64,000 nt of DNA. Source: Callorhinchus milii. Lineage: Eukaryota. The stretch spans positions 5,272,001-5,336,000 of the forward strand of contig NW_024704742.1 of assembly GCF_018977255.1 (NCBI RefSeq). Direction: 5' to 3'. The notes under the pieces are model-generated. The model ran no database searches. It saw nothing but the letters and a program-made list of their open reading frames with translations, and was not told where the DNA came from. Both the position numbers and the translations under genes were made by a program. How positions within the stretch are numbered: position 1 is the first letter of the stretch; each line of letters begins with the position of its first letter. Below are positions 39,702-53,407 of this stretch, in pieces.

Positions 39702-41017
39702 ACTTGTACAGTGAAATTTCTTTCAAAGAATGGTTGTGGTGCCTCATTTAATGTTCAATTTGATTCAACATTTATGTAGCGTCTAATACCAGATATATAG
39801 TTAATTGTAGTAATAGTTGCATCAAGAATAGCGAATGAAATGGGAGAGTGTTGTAAGGGTGTTTGACTTGATTCAAACACTTAGCACCTTATTCCAAGAT
39901 GTGTAGTAATTCTGGAAGACAGCCGCTACAACCTACTTTTACAGTATTAATTATAGGAGGGTGTTTTTTTTAATCCGTTTTACATCAAACACCCAAAATT
40001 CAATAGAGCTGCTCGGTTCTGAGATTACAACTCAGATTGATTACCGCGCATCTCCCACACAATATACAGTCAATTCACTTTACAGTATATTCCATGAAGA
40101 GACGTCTTAACGACGTGATAAGCCGCTACATCAAATGCAAGGGTTATTATTATTAGAGGGTAAAATATTTGGTATTCATCATCTTCTGTTCCTTATTTTA
40201 GGAATGCTTTTTAGGAACACCAGCAGGTGGTGCAACTCTCCAGGCAAATGGTTTGTTCCACTCTGGAAAGTAGTGCTGCCATTTTGTTAACCGGAACAAC
40301 CAATCCCATTTTGTAAATTTTAGGCCTCTAAATGAGTGTCTTTGAGTTATATTTGTGTCTTTAATTTTGCTTTTGCCAGGGACACAAATCCACGCTCTCC
40401 TGCACCAAAAAAAAAATGAATTATATCTGGGGAGGGATGCCACTTGCTGATCTTCCCAAAAGTGTTCCTTAAATAAAGGAACAAATGTGACTTGGAATAC
40501 CACTTTTTGTCCCCCTAGAAACATAGACCATCAGATTGAGTGACCAAGTTATATTTACTGTATTTTGAAGGGATTATTATCCTGGAAAGCGAATTAAGGA
40601 TCAGGTTCCTACTCACTGTTAGGTTAACAGGCTTGTGGAGTAAGGAAACTTGTCTGAAGTTACGCCCTGCCCGGGAATTGAACCCAGGTCCTTTTTCTTG
40701 TGAGGCGAGTACTCTAACCAATACACACTACAGGATTCCGTCCTGTATTCTGTCTTTAAAGTAATCCTGTATCTGTCCTTGCCCAATACCTACACACCTA
40801 AACTTATTCGCAGAGATCTTTGGGTGGCAATAAAGTGCAGGAAAACTAATTGGGCTTTTCACTCATTAGAACAGGAGCATCCAAACGGTTGCAGTGTACT
40901 TACTTCCTTTCCTTGCTGGTGCTCTGGCTACGATCAGTTAGATAAGAGATTGAATTTGTCACCATTCTGGCCCGGGTGGCTGAGTTTCACTTTAGGCTGT
41001 AATTTATCTTTTAAAAA

Positions 41018-41946
41018 ATCCTTGCATTTGATATAGCCCCGATCATGTCTTTGAAACGTCTCAAAGCGCTTCACAGGATACACCCGTAAAGTGAATTGAC
41101 TGTATTTTGTGGGCGAAACGCGGCAGCCAATTGCGCACAGCAGTGTCCCACAAACACTCGTGGATTGAGTGACCAAATTCTTATTTTTTTATTTATTTTA
41201 TTTGAAGGGATTATTAACCCCAGGAAAGCGATTCGCCAGTCAACTAACAACTGGGTTCCTACTAGGTAAACAACAACAACAATAAAATTACACTTGTATA
41301 GCGCCTTTCAAGTCAGGAGGACGTCCCAAAGTGCTGGATAATCAGTGTTTGGGCCCGAGCTGGGGGTTGGTATCAGGGAGGGTGAAGGGCAGGGGGTGGG
41401 AAGGAGGTTGGCCAAAGGCACGGTCGAAGAGGAGGGTCTTGAGATGGGTCTTGAAGCTGGCAAAGGAGGTGGTGAGGTGGAGGGACTGGGGGATGGAGTT
41501 CCAGAGGGTGGGGCAGAGTGGCTGAAGGCCCGCCTGCCAAAGGTGGGGCGGGCGAGGCGGGGTACATGAAGCAGCCCCGAACCTGTTGAGTAGAGGGAGC
41601 GGGCAGGTTGGTAGGGGGTTAGTAGGTGGCAGAGGAATTGGGGAGCAAGTCATGGAGGGCTTTGAAAGTGAGGACCAGGATCTTGAACTGTATCCTCCGT
41701 GTGATGGGAAGCCAGTGGAGTCGGGTGAGGATGGGGGTGATGGGTCGTGGAGCCTGGTGCGGGAGAGGACACGACGGGCTGCAGAGTTCTGGATGATCTG
41801 CAGCCTACGGAGAGAGAGTTGGGGTGGTCGACAAGCAGGCGTGTGGAGTAAGGAAACTTGCCCAAGGTTTCGCCCTGCCCGGGAATTGAACCCAGGTCCT
41901 CTCGCGTGCGAGGCGAATGCTCTAACCACTGAGCTACAGGACTTCA
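41018..41946 (-). mobile_element. Long-subfamily SINE split by an L2 insertion (L2 about 41271-41831)
   Basis: SINE tail and middle at 41018-41270, head at 41832-41946, L2 C-terminal coding sequence and tail in between. Confidence 0.85.
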
Positions 41947-42883
41947 TCAATTGGGGAAAGTGACTAAAAGAAAGATTCACAGACAGTTGACTAATTCAAA
42001 TATCTTATGACTCATTTACTAGTCCAGACATGCAAGTATTACAGAGAAACATGACAAACACTTTGTCTCAGGCGGCCCCTGTGTCAGCAAAGGGGATTCT
42101 GATGGGGAAAAAGAAAAGACACTAACAACGCAGTGGGCCCTTTGCCAAACAATAGCCAGTTTGATTGATGAAGATAGTACCTTTGGACCCTATTATGCAT
42201 TCGAATGACAGGATGTTAAAGGAGAATTGTTGGTGAATTAGTTACCATAGTCAAATGGATCAACATAAGCTTTATTGCCACTTCATTGCTTCTAGCCGAC
42301 ATTCTGACCGAACCGAAACAAATTGCAAAGTCCCAGCACCTATCCAGAGTAGATTATGCCTTTGCCTCACTATTCCCCCCTATATGTTAACAGACTGCTT
42401 TAATCACATCCGAACCCTATTGAATCCTGCAAATTTCTAAACAATTAAACAGCAATACCCAATCCCCAGCCTGCTGATAAAATGTATATGGATCAGACTG
42501 ATGGGTTATCCATTTGATTGAAGGGACAAGTTAGCAGAAACACTGCAAGGTACATTGCTTTAAATAAACTTTGCCTTGGAGGCAACAATACCATTTTAAT
42601 ATCGGTAATTGTCCATGTCTCGTTGACCTGAGAAGGTGGGAGTATATCTTCTCTTTGCAATGAGTGTCTTCATTGGGCCAATTTCAAGAGTCAACCACAA
42701 AATGTGGGTCTGGAATCACATGTAAACCAGACCAGGTAAGGATGGGAGATTTCCTTTGATTCGTGGAAGGGTTCTGTCAGAGAGCACTGGATGGTTGCGT
42801 GTATCATTCTTCGGATGAGACAATAAACCAAGGTCTCATCTTCCTGTGCGAGTGGATGTTAAAGATTCAAAAAGAGAAGGGAA

Positions 42884-43058
42884 AGACCTGAACCATTCAA
42901 GGACAGAACCTTGAAGGTGGAGGTGAGAGGAGAAGCGGTGGAGGAGGATGGAGTGGTCCACAGTATCGAAGGCAGCAGAGAGGTCGAGGAGGACGAGGAG
43001 GGAGAGGGAGCCCTGGTCACAGATGGACAGAATGTCTTTTGAGACCTTGACCAGAGCA
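42884..43058 (-). mobile_element. L2 reverse transcriptase fragment
   Basis: TALVKVSKDIL...LLVLLDLSAAFDTVDHSILLHR in the ORF track. Confidence 0.85.
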
Positions 43059-43794
43059 GTTGGTTCAGTTAACAGTGGCACTACACTAGATCTTCACCCT
43101 AGCATTTGTCCATTCCTGGTTGAGTAATAATAATAATAATCCTTGCACTTGATATAGCGCCTTACCACGTCTTCGAGACGTCTCAAAGTGCTTCACAGAA
43201 TATTCTGGAAAGTGAATTGACTGTATATTTTGTGGGCGAAATGCAGCAGCCAATTGTGCACAGTGTGAGTGTTTCTGGTTATGGAAATTCCATGGGCTTG
43301 ACTCTCGAGACGCTGACAAACACGCAGAGTTCTGTCAGTTGCTTCAATACACAAATTGCTTCAATTAAATGACCAAAACCAGCCAGACAGGACTGCAATG
43401 TTGCAATCTTAGGGTGTGATTTTGAATCTCTTGCTTGAAAGTCAGTGCAAAGAATAATAGCAATTTGCCACCAATAGTTGAACTGGAAGCTGACTAACAA
43501 GTTATGTGCCGCACTCGTAATAATAAATAACAATCCTTGCATTTGATACAGCGCCTTATCACGTCCTCGAGACGTCTCAAAGCGCTTCACAGAACATACT
43601 GTAAAGTGAATTGACTGTACATTTTACGGGCGAAAAGCGGCAACCAATTGCGCACAGCAGCGTCCCACAAACAGTTGTGGGTTAAAGGGACCGATTATTT
43701 TTAAGGAATTATTACCCCTGGAAAAGCAATCCGCCGATCGACTAACAACCGGATTCCAATTACTGCTTTGTAAACAGTTTGTTGCATTGTTTAA

Positions 43795-44247
43795 ATGCTG
43801 AGCTATGAGAATAGGCTGAATAAACTGGGGCTGTATTCTCTAGAGTACAGAAGAATTAGGGGAGATCTTATTGAAACACATAAGATTCTTAAAGGGCTGA
43901 TAAAGTAGACACAGAGGGACTGTTTCCCCTGGTGGGAGAATCTATAACCGGGGGTCACAGTCTGAAAATTAAGGCTCAGCCTTTTAGAACAGAGTTGAGG
44001 AAACATTTCTTCACTCAGAGAGAGGGTAGTGAATTTATGAAATTTATGAAATTCACTCCCCCAGAAGGCTGTAGATGCTCAGTCCTTGAACATTTTCAAG
44101 GCTGAGGCTGATAGATTTTTTTTTAAAATAGAGGGATTAGGGGATATGGGGATAGGGCAGGTAATTAGAGTTAAGTCAGAAGATCAGCCATGATCTTATC
44201 GATTGGTGGGGCACAGGCTCGAGGGACCGAATGGCCGACTCCTGCTC
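43795..44247 (+). mobile_element. CR1 LINE 3' end
   Basis: SYENRLNKLGLYSLEYRRIRGDLIETHKIL...RKHFFTQR and a ttcttatg-type tail. Confidence 0.88.
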
Positions 44248-46559
44248 CTAATTCTTATGTTCTTATATTCTTAAATATTCAGAGTCTAGACATATCCTTA
44301 GATTTTTATTGGGTTTCTCCACTCAGACTCCATCACGGGCTCCATCACTGGCAGTGCAGAGCTCAGCCACACAGACAAGCCACGTTAATCACAGTTTGTA
44401 ACTGCTCCGTTTTCTCCAGTGTCTCATTTAGCCTGGGATTCACCTGGGATTCCCGCTCCCCGCATGTTGCGTGAATCACCGGTTTCACATCAACTTTCAA
44501 TTTAATTGTGAATTCTCCTTTAATTGAACCCATTTCCCCTAACAGCTCGTGACTTTCTTCAATTATTTAACCATCTTCTCCCTTTTTGGTGCTGGTTCTA
44601 CCGCTTTTAACCAACCTCGTATTTGTTATTATATCATATCGCCCACAAAATACACTCTACAATATATTCTTTGAGACGCCTCGATGATGTGATAAGGCGC
44701 CATATCAAATGCAAGGATTATTATCATCTCTTCTGTGATCTGAATATTGGTTCTCCATTAAATTTTACAACACAGAATTTTACCTGGTATAATTTGCGTT
44801 GTCTCCATAGTTAGTGTGACCTTAACTCCAGTGGCTAACCTTTCCCAACAATAGATGATCAGCCTCTCACATTTCTGTCCCCACCCCTCCCTGTGAGGTT
44901 GCCCTAACTTTTGATCAAAAGCAACAACAACTTGTATTTTGCTTGGTGCTGAATGACCTCATCTCAGTGCGGTGGGATCATTGCAGGGTATTAGGATATT
45001 TATTTGCCCCTGGAGTAAAGGGAGAAAAATTGCATTTTTGCAGCACTTTATCACCTTATCCTCCTGGATGGGTGGGGAAGGGGGCAGTTAAGCAGAGTCT
45101 GCTTCGAATTGAACTGACTCCAAGGTGACATGTTTAGCAATGGAGTGTCGGAATGAAGCTCACTCTCTGTATGGTCTCTGTAGTCCAGTTCCTGAGCCAG
45201 GTGGGTCCACAGTATTCCAGGGCACTGCTGATGACAGCACAGCCCAGCCTGGCTCATCAGCAAGACTTCGAAGGGCAGATCAGTCACTGGAGGTAGGGAA
45301 CCTTCCCGCTCAGCTCCTGTTAGCCCTGCAAGCCAAAGCCTTGGCTGCTCGGGTGGTCCTAGCTGGAACAAACAGCGGCAGTGCTCACGATGAACATGGA
45401 ATGGCGGAGCAGGCTCGAGGAGCAGAATGGTCTATTCCTACCCTTCTACGTGTCTATATCTGGGATTTCCATGTGTAGGTGGGGTGCAGGGAAATCTCAG
45501 CTTGGTTTGGATACTCTTAAGCACGGGGATGGGTTTCCCCACGTGTCAAGACACCCCCGGCTATCCTAAAAAAATTAATACCCATCTGGAAAGAAGCAAG
45601 CGATGAAAGACCTGCAAGGAATCCCACTCCTGATGGTGATCCAGCAATACAGCCCCTCCCTTGCCCGAACCCTCCCCCCCTCTCCCCCCCCCCTCAAAGT
45701 GGTTGGAAAGTGAACAAATGTAGGTGTTGAACAAGGACATGACTGGCTAGCCAGCAGGATAGTGAGGGACTATCGGGCACCAACACTCCGACACACACAC
45801 TAGATGCATTGGGCACTGTATAAATGTCCATGTATTAATCCAAGTTTGCTGTTGTAGTATTCCCGCAATGACCTCCAAAAGGACGAGGTACAAGTGGGTG
45901 AAAACGGGGCAAATGGCTCAAAACAAACTAGAAAAATATAAGTGCGCCTTCCAACCCTGTTGTATGAAACTTCTGCGCCACTGGGAGTGGAGTTAAACAG
46001 GAAAACGTGGCAGCCGGGACTTTAGAGGCAGCACTGAACAGCAAACCTGAGGAAATTAAAACATCTGGAAAGGCAATAATGTAGATAACATGGACAAGGA
46101 AAATGTGTACCTAAACAGCAGCCAAGGCTGTTAAGAATAAATCCCAGGAACATCATATACCGTGGGGGGGAAAAAAGCAACAAATGAAACTACTTGTATT
46201 TTCATAGCACCTTATCTCACAGTACTGCTCGGCCGAGAAACCGTTTTTGTTTGCAAAAGTAATAGATATTTGCACCAGCAAGATCCAACAAAGAACTTCT
46301 AGGTGACAGTTTGACTACTCTGGATGGATGTTGGCCAGGACAATTGGAAATGAGGAAGAGAAAAGAATATATTGTACATATATATTACTGCCAACAAATC
46401 CACTGCAAAGAGAAAGCTTAATGGAGATCCAGAATGGGCTTGTGAGTTTGGCTGCCTCGGTTGGTAGCACTCTCGCCTCTGAATCAGAAGGTTATGGGTT
46501 CAAACCCCATGTCAGAACTTTGACCTCACATAGTTCAGGCTGACACTCCAAAGTAGTGC

Positions 46560-46847
46560 ACTCACTTTGCAAGTGACAGACCTGAGTTCAATTCCAGGCA
46601 GAGGGCGAAACCTTGGGCAAGTTTCCTTACTCCACACAGAGCCCTAATAATAATCCCTCCAAAACCCAAAACAATAATAAATTGGTCAACGACTGTTTGT
46701 GGGACATTGCTGTGCGCAATTGGCTGCCGCGTTCGCCCACAAATATACAGTCAATTCACTTTACAGTGTGTTCTGTGAAGCGCTTTGGGACGTCCTCCCG
46801 ACGTGAAAAGCGCTATACCAAATGCAAGGATTATTATTATTATTACT
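46560..46847 (+). mobile_element. Short-subfamily SINE inserted in a Deu-domain SINE (host about 46435-47005)
   Basis: Near-identical to the 47012 copy; Deu sequence resumes at 46848. Confidence 0.85.
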
Positions 46848-47011
46848 GCATTGTCAAATGTGCTGTCCTCAAGATGAGATGTTAAACCGAGGTCCCATCT
46901 TCCTGTTTAAGGGGACTTTAAAAATCCCATGGTACTATTGGAGCAGAGAAGGGAATTCCTTGTAGCGTTGTGGCTAAAAATCCCCCAGGTAAAAATTGGT
47001 CGTTCACTTTG

Positions 47012-47343
47012 TGGAGTCCTGTAGCTCAGTGGTTAGAGCACTCGCTTTGCAAGTGAGAGACCTGAGTTCAATTCCAGGCAGAGGGCGAAACCTTGGGCAA
47101 GTTTCCTTACTCCACACACAGCCTGATAATGATCCCTCCAAAAAAAACAAAAAACAATAATAAATTGGTCATTTTCAATCTACGACTGTTTGTGGGACAT
47201 TGCTGTGCGCAATTGGCTGCCGCGTTCGCCCACAAATATACAGTCAATTCACTTTACAGTCTATTCTGTGAAGCGCTTTGGGACGTCCTCCCGACGTGAA
47301 AAGCGCTATATCAAATGCAAGGATTATTATTATTATTATTATT
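47012..47343 (+). mobile_element. Full-length short-subfamily tRNA-headed SINE
   Basis: Intact A/B boxes, no central segment, gggacgtcctcccgacgtgaaaagcgc tail and (ATT)n. Confidence 0.92.
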
Positions 47344-47449
47344 CCCTACACCCCTCTATTTCCTTCTTTCTCATTTAGTTTGCTCTTAAACATGGTGATG
47401 CTTTTTGCTCTGGCAACGACTTCCACATTCTCACATTCTTACATGAAGA

Positions 47450-47793
47450 AGAGGACCTGGGTTCGATTCCTAGGCAGGACAAAACGTTGGGCAAGTTTCC
47501 CTACTCCACGCGCCTCTGATTACCTAGCAGTAAGTAGGAACCCAGTTGTTAGTCTCAGCGGATCGCTTTTCCAGAGATAATAATCCCTTCAAAAATTTGT
47601 TTTGAAAAATAATAATAATTTGGTCACTTCAATCCACGACTCTTTGTGGGACGCTGCTGTGCGCAGTTGGCTGCCGTCTTGCTCCCACAAAAACATACAG
47701 TCATTTCACCTGACAGTATATTCTGTGCAGCGCTTCGAGACGTCTCGAAGACGTGATAAGACGCTATACCAATTGCAAGGATTATTATTATTA
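47450..47793 (+). mobile_element. 5'-truncated long-subfamily SINE
   Basis: Similar to the 12993 copy. Confidence 0.85.
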
Positions 47794-49144
47794 CATCATA
47801 AGAAAAATAAATATATGAAGAAATAAAAAGAGTAATAATTTGGTCGCTCAAAGCATGACTGTTTATCACAGAGGGAAATAGGATGACAAGATATACCGTA
47901 CCAGCATCTAATAAACTGGCTAACGGCCTCCTTCTGTTTCTATGGGGGTTGAGGGTGTCCAGCACTTGTGAGACTACAGCAAATCACTGCAACATTCAGC
48001 ACTCTGAGAAAGATCGATCAAAGAACTTTTGCATGTCATTTTCAACTGGAAACCAAACAAGTAGAAACTGGAAACAACTAGAGGGTGAAATTCTCCACCA
48101 AATGGTGTCAATTAAGACGTCATTGAGAAACCTGCAGTAAGAAAACAGTGCAGTAATATTTCGCGCACATTACCTGCTTTTGTAATGCAGACATCCTGAC
48201 CTCTGTCTTTGTTTGGGATTAAGAGCAGAAAGCGCAGACACGTTGGGCAGAATGATCTCTTTCTGCGCTGTAAACTTCCTATGATCCATCAACTCCTCTC
48301 GCAAGCTACTGAATGATTATTCGATAAAGAAGGAGATTGAAAGCTAAGGATAAGTATGGGAAAGATAGTGTCCACGGAAGGCTGTGATCCCAGACTTGTC
48401 CGACCATGGGAAAGTCATTTGTGAGTCATATCCAGTCACTGTTGAAAAAAGCAAAATAATAGTAATAATGATAATAATCCTTGCATTTGATACAGCGCCT
48501 TATCACATCATTGTGACGTCTCAAAGCGCTTCACCGAATACACCGTAAAGTGAATTGACTGTATATTTTGTGGGCGCAACGCTGCAGCCGATTGCGCACA
48601 GCAGTGTCCCGAATGAAATGTTTCGACATGGCTCCTCGATTATCCTGGTTTGGGGTCAGGGAGAAATTTACTCTTTTTGGTATAATTATTTACATTTTTT
48701 CAACTCTCTCTCTCTCCTCTCTCTTGCGTGACAATGTTAGGGTAAGGGAGATTCCATATCAAGGTAAGCAATCAGAAACGTTGGACCTAAGGAGCCAATA
48801 GCCTTCTCCTTTGCATGTTTTTAAGTCCTTATGTAGTGTAAATATTTGAGTATATTTTACTTGGCTCATTCTGAATGCCTCGCCCAGCTCCAGTTTTATT
48901 CTTGTACGTGACTAACGTACAGGCTGATTACTGTAACAACATTTTCTTGGACCAGCTCATCTGTGTTGGTTGCATTACTACATCATAGAACCCTTCTACC
49001 CCCGCCACCGCCCGGCACTATCTTCTCCAAGATGAATCACGAAAGGCTTATAAATCTATTTGTTTTTGTATACTCTGCAATATAAAATTGCTCATCTGTT
49101 TGTCTGGCCGCCTTCCTGGGCTTGTTTACATCTCTGCTTGTTTG

Positions 49145-49480
49145 TTGGTCAGCCGGGTGTCTGACACATACGGAAACCCATCACCGTTGCTTAAGAGTAT
49201 CCAAACCAAACTGAGAATTCCACGCATCCCGCCGACACGTGGAAATCCCAGAGATGGATTGTTGGAATGGATTGCGCGCGCGCTCTCTCTCTCTCTCTCT
49301 CCCTGGAAGGATGCATCCTTGTTTACCTAATTCTGTAAAGTATTAGACGCAGGTTTCCAAAAGCCAAGGCTTAGGGACTGCAGAGTGTGCGTTGGGAGGT
49401 TAACCAGCTAAAACCTCGCTGTATGACAAGCTTTCCCGCTGCTTGTCCAGCTAGGACCACTCTACCCATTACGGCTTTCG
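49145..49480 (-). mobile_element. Unclassified interspersed repeat (same family as 14240-14412)
   Basis: ggtcagccgggtgtctgacac...cttaagagtatccaaacc...ggaaatcccagagat. Confidence 0.7.
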
Positions 49481-50864
49481 CTGTCGCAGGCGTTCCCCTG
49501 CTCTATAGCTTTTGTCATGCAAGCCGGTTGGAAGTGGAAGAGTTTGAAAGAAATTCATACAAGTTGAAAACAGTAAGATTTCGAATCACCCACAAAATAT
49601 ACAGTCAATTCGCTTTACCGTATATTCCGTGACGTGCTTTGAGACGTCTTGACGAGGTGATAATATCAAAAGCATAGATTATTACTATTATTATTATTTT
49701 GTTTTCAGATACAAAGCACATAATTGTGATTCTGAAACAACGCCAAGCTCTCAAGAGCAACAATAACAATAATAATCCTTGCATTTGATATCGTGCCTTA
49801 TCACATCTTCATCGTTCGCAGGCTTACAGAGTATATAAAACTTGAGACTCTTGGGAAAGGTGACCTGCCAACATTATCTCTCTCCAGCTAAACAGGTTTT
49901 GGTGAATAAATATTCCTAAGCTCAAAATTCTCTTTTCACTTGATCGGGGATGAGACGCTTAATGACTTGGGAGTGGCTGTGCTTTTAGGAAAGTGCTCAT
50001 CAGCACTTTGCCTGGTGAGAAAGATAACTGAAGTACCCTTCCATGATAGAGAAAAGACTTCCTCCTGGCCGATTGCAGAATGGGATCCGATTCCTATCTG
50101 CAAAGGAAATTGCTGCTGTTTATCCACAAGATGAACTATCTAAGTGTCCACTCATCACAGCAACGGGCTCTAATGCAGGAAATGGACGCGGACCTGTGAA
50201 ATACTGACAGAACCCCCACCTCGGCACAACACACACGCGCACACACGCACACTTGTGCTCAACGTTAATAGGGATGTGGTTTAGTCGCGCGGTTTAGAAA
50301 CCTTGCAATAAAACCCCGCAACAGTGCAAAGTTGAGTGCTTAGAAGGTCAAGGTCAAAGAGATGAAGAGAGTGGGAAAGGTAAAGCGTTAAGAGACTCGG
50401 GAGAAGAAAGAAAGAGATTGGAGCGTAAAAGGACAAGCTACTGAGAGAGAGAAATACTGATAGAAATTCAGAAAAAGAATTAGACGCTCTGAATCAGACA
50501 GTGAAGGGTGGACACAGTGTGGTATTACAAATGGCAGTGTAACTCCTGATTGGGATCGCTTTTTAGTTAACACAGCAGCCAATTCCTATTTTGTTTCGTC
50601 AAATTATCCGCGCAGTTCGCTTATCCACAATGAAGCTGGGCCCAATTGGGGATAATTGGCTCTGTGCTGCGCTCTTTCAAGTCCATACTTCTCCCATTTT
50701 TACATATACTGTTTGGTTCTCCTTGAAGCTAACTACTTCCTTTATAAACAACAGGCGTTTACTTTAGAAGTAGTAATTTTGCTCTGGAAAGTATACTGCA
50801 CACTTATTTTGTAACCTATGTATTTCCTCATTGCACAGCCTAAATTACTGGTCCATTTTAAGCC

Positions 50865-51200
50865 CATGAGTCAGACGGCTGTGGGTTCAAGCCCCATATC
50901 GGGATTTTGAACTTACAAGGCTTGGCTGACATTCCAGTTAAGGTTTCGGGGTGTGCTGAGTTGGTGTCCTGCTGATGAGACATTAAACAGAGGTCCCGTC
51001 CGCCTGTTCAGGAAGACGTTAAAGATCCAATGGCACTATCTGAAAGGTGAAGAGAATTTCTCCTGTTGTCCTGGCCAATAATTCCCTCAATAAAGTTTGG
51101 CTACTCACTTCATGACTGTTTGTGGGATGTTGCTGCGTACCAATGGGTTGCCATATTTGCTTACAAAGTACACTTTACAGTAATACTTGTGAAATGCTCC
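50865..51200 (+). mobile_element. Deu-domain SINE, degenerate
   Basis: gatgagacattaaacagaggtcccgtc...aaagatccaatggcactat...tgtcctggccaa. Confidence 0.7.
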
Positions 51201-51513
51201 GAGACAGAGCACTAGACAAGCGAAAAGGCAGGCACCCTATCAAATGCAAAGATTATTTATTTATTCAACACCCCTCAAAGAATTCTCAAAGCATTTGACA
51301 GTAATTGCTGTTAAGTGTAGTGACTGTGCATTTGCAGAGAGCAATGTCCCACAAACAACCATGAAACGAATGATTAAATATTTTTTAGGACACCTTGAAA
51401 AACTTCCTTCTCTTTTCCAGTATAGTCTTTTGTTTAACATCCATCTGAACATACAGATGGGATCTCGGTTTAATATTTTATCTAAATGACAATACTTCTG
51501 AAAATAAGAAGCA

Positions 51514-51959
51514 GATGAGATTTACAAGAATGATACCAGGGATGAGGGGCCTTAATTATGTGGAGAGACGAGAGAGGCTGGGATTGATCTCCTTAGAGCG
51601 GAGAAGATTGAGGGGAGATTTAATAGAGGTGTTCAAAATTATGAGAGGCTTTGATAGAGTAGATGGAGAGAAATTGTTTCCTCTGGCGGTTGTGTCGGTA
51701 ACCAGAGGACACAGATTTAAGATAGGCGAGAATTTTCTTTACCCAGAGAGTTGTTACGCTCCAGAATGCACGGCTTGAAAGGGTGGTGGAAGCAGATTTG
51801 ATAGTAGCTTTCAAAAGAGAATCGGACTGGTATTTGAAAAGGAAAAGCTTGCAGGGCTGTGGGGCAAGAGATAGGGGAGCGGGACTAGTTGGGTAGCTGT
51901 TTCAAACAGGAACGATGGGCTGAATGGCCTCCTTCTGTGCTGTAAGGTTCTATGATTCT
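51514..51959 (+). mobile_element. CR1 LINE 3' end
   Basis: RFTRMIPGMRGLNYVERRERLGLISLERRRLRGDLIEVFKIMRGFDRVD and a ttctatga tail. Confidence 0.9.
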
Positions 51960-52399
51960 GACCTATACTGACAAATCATTAAACATCAGGTTCTCAGAAA
52001 TCATACTTAAGAATGCTCTGGTCTGACCGCACCTACAGTAACTGCGTACAATTCTGAACCCCGTGATATGTACACTAGATGCAATGCGCAGAGCCACAAG
52101 GGATATTCCCAGTGTTAGAGGTATGAGCTGTGAGCAAATGGACAAACTAAGGCTCTTCCGTCTTGAGAGTCTTCAATAGATGCAGATCAATACTCTTGGA
52201 TGGGCAAAATAAGAGGACGCAGGTCGCACAGGGCAATTTCAGGATAGACGTGATAGGGCGCTATATCGAATGCAAGGATTATTATTATTATTTTATTATT
52301 ATTATTATTATATAGACACCGGGAAGTATTTCTAATTAATTAACACCTGGAGTAGGTGTTCTGAGACGCTACCATGTGTGGAGGGCGAGTTTAACTGGA

Positions 52400-53355
52400 A
52401 GTTGTTGTTGGAGATTACGATGAAGGGTGGTCGCGATGAGAATGCCGGACTCAATTAAAAAAACACAGCTTGTGGCTGTGATAGGACGATGGTAGGGCGT
52501 GTATTTGGGGGAAAGATCGATGACCTGAAGGGTATACTTCATCTGAACCTCTCTTGGCATCTGGTGACTGGATAGCTTCGGGTCGATATCGCAGCTGAGT
52601 CGGAATCTACCTGCGCTCATACGTTTTACGGAAGAGTTCACTGGATAGCGATCAGGAGCAGGAGTGACGTCTGTTTATTTGCAGCTCAGGGCATTAAACG
52701 CAGAGTTCCTTCCCGCGGCTTCAACCCACCCCCGCCTCACCCCTTACTGTGTTTGGCGTGCGAGTCCCCCTGGTTCCATTCCATTCACCCCCCCCACACG
52801 AGGGGCCTTCACATCTGCCTCTAGTGGATCCTGGAGCGATGTGCGAAATGCAGCGATTTAAGGCTACGAGCCATTTTTTTTTCTCTTTCGGGGTGGGTTT
52901 CTACTATGCGGACGCAAATCAGGTCACCCCTGAAACCGACCGCAACCTCCAGCTGCTTTGAGAGGCGAGCTCCAGCGCAATCCTTAACGCTCGCTCACAT
53001 AACCCCCGTGTTTCCCAGATGCTAAATCCACGCTGATTCTTAGGCGAACGTCGCTGCGTTAATCCACCAACGACTTATATTTTTAACCCCCACCCGCCCC
53101 GCCCCGCCCCGGTTTTTTTTTTTCTGTTTGTCATCTGGACCCCTGAAGGGAATCTGGACCCCATTTGCGGATCGCAAATGACGTCTCTCCCTTTCGACTC
53201 GGGACTTTGCGAGGCCCCGTGCGTCCCCGTTTAGCAAATCGATCCTGGCCTTCGCTTTACGAGCGTAACGACACCTTGCGCCCCATTTTCTTTCGGATAC
53301 CTACACGCCCCGAAGCTACGCTGGTGTGAACACTGGGCGTTTGCACGCGAGCGCT
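52400..53355. promoter_or_regulatory. CpG-enriched segment with three tandem GC boxes upstream of TSPAN5
   Basis: Visibly more CpG than the flanks; cccgccccgccccgcccc at 53093-53110. Confidence 0.4.
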
Positions 53356-53370
53356 GTATCGACTGCAAGG

Positions 53371-53407
<37 letters not shown>

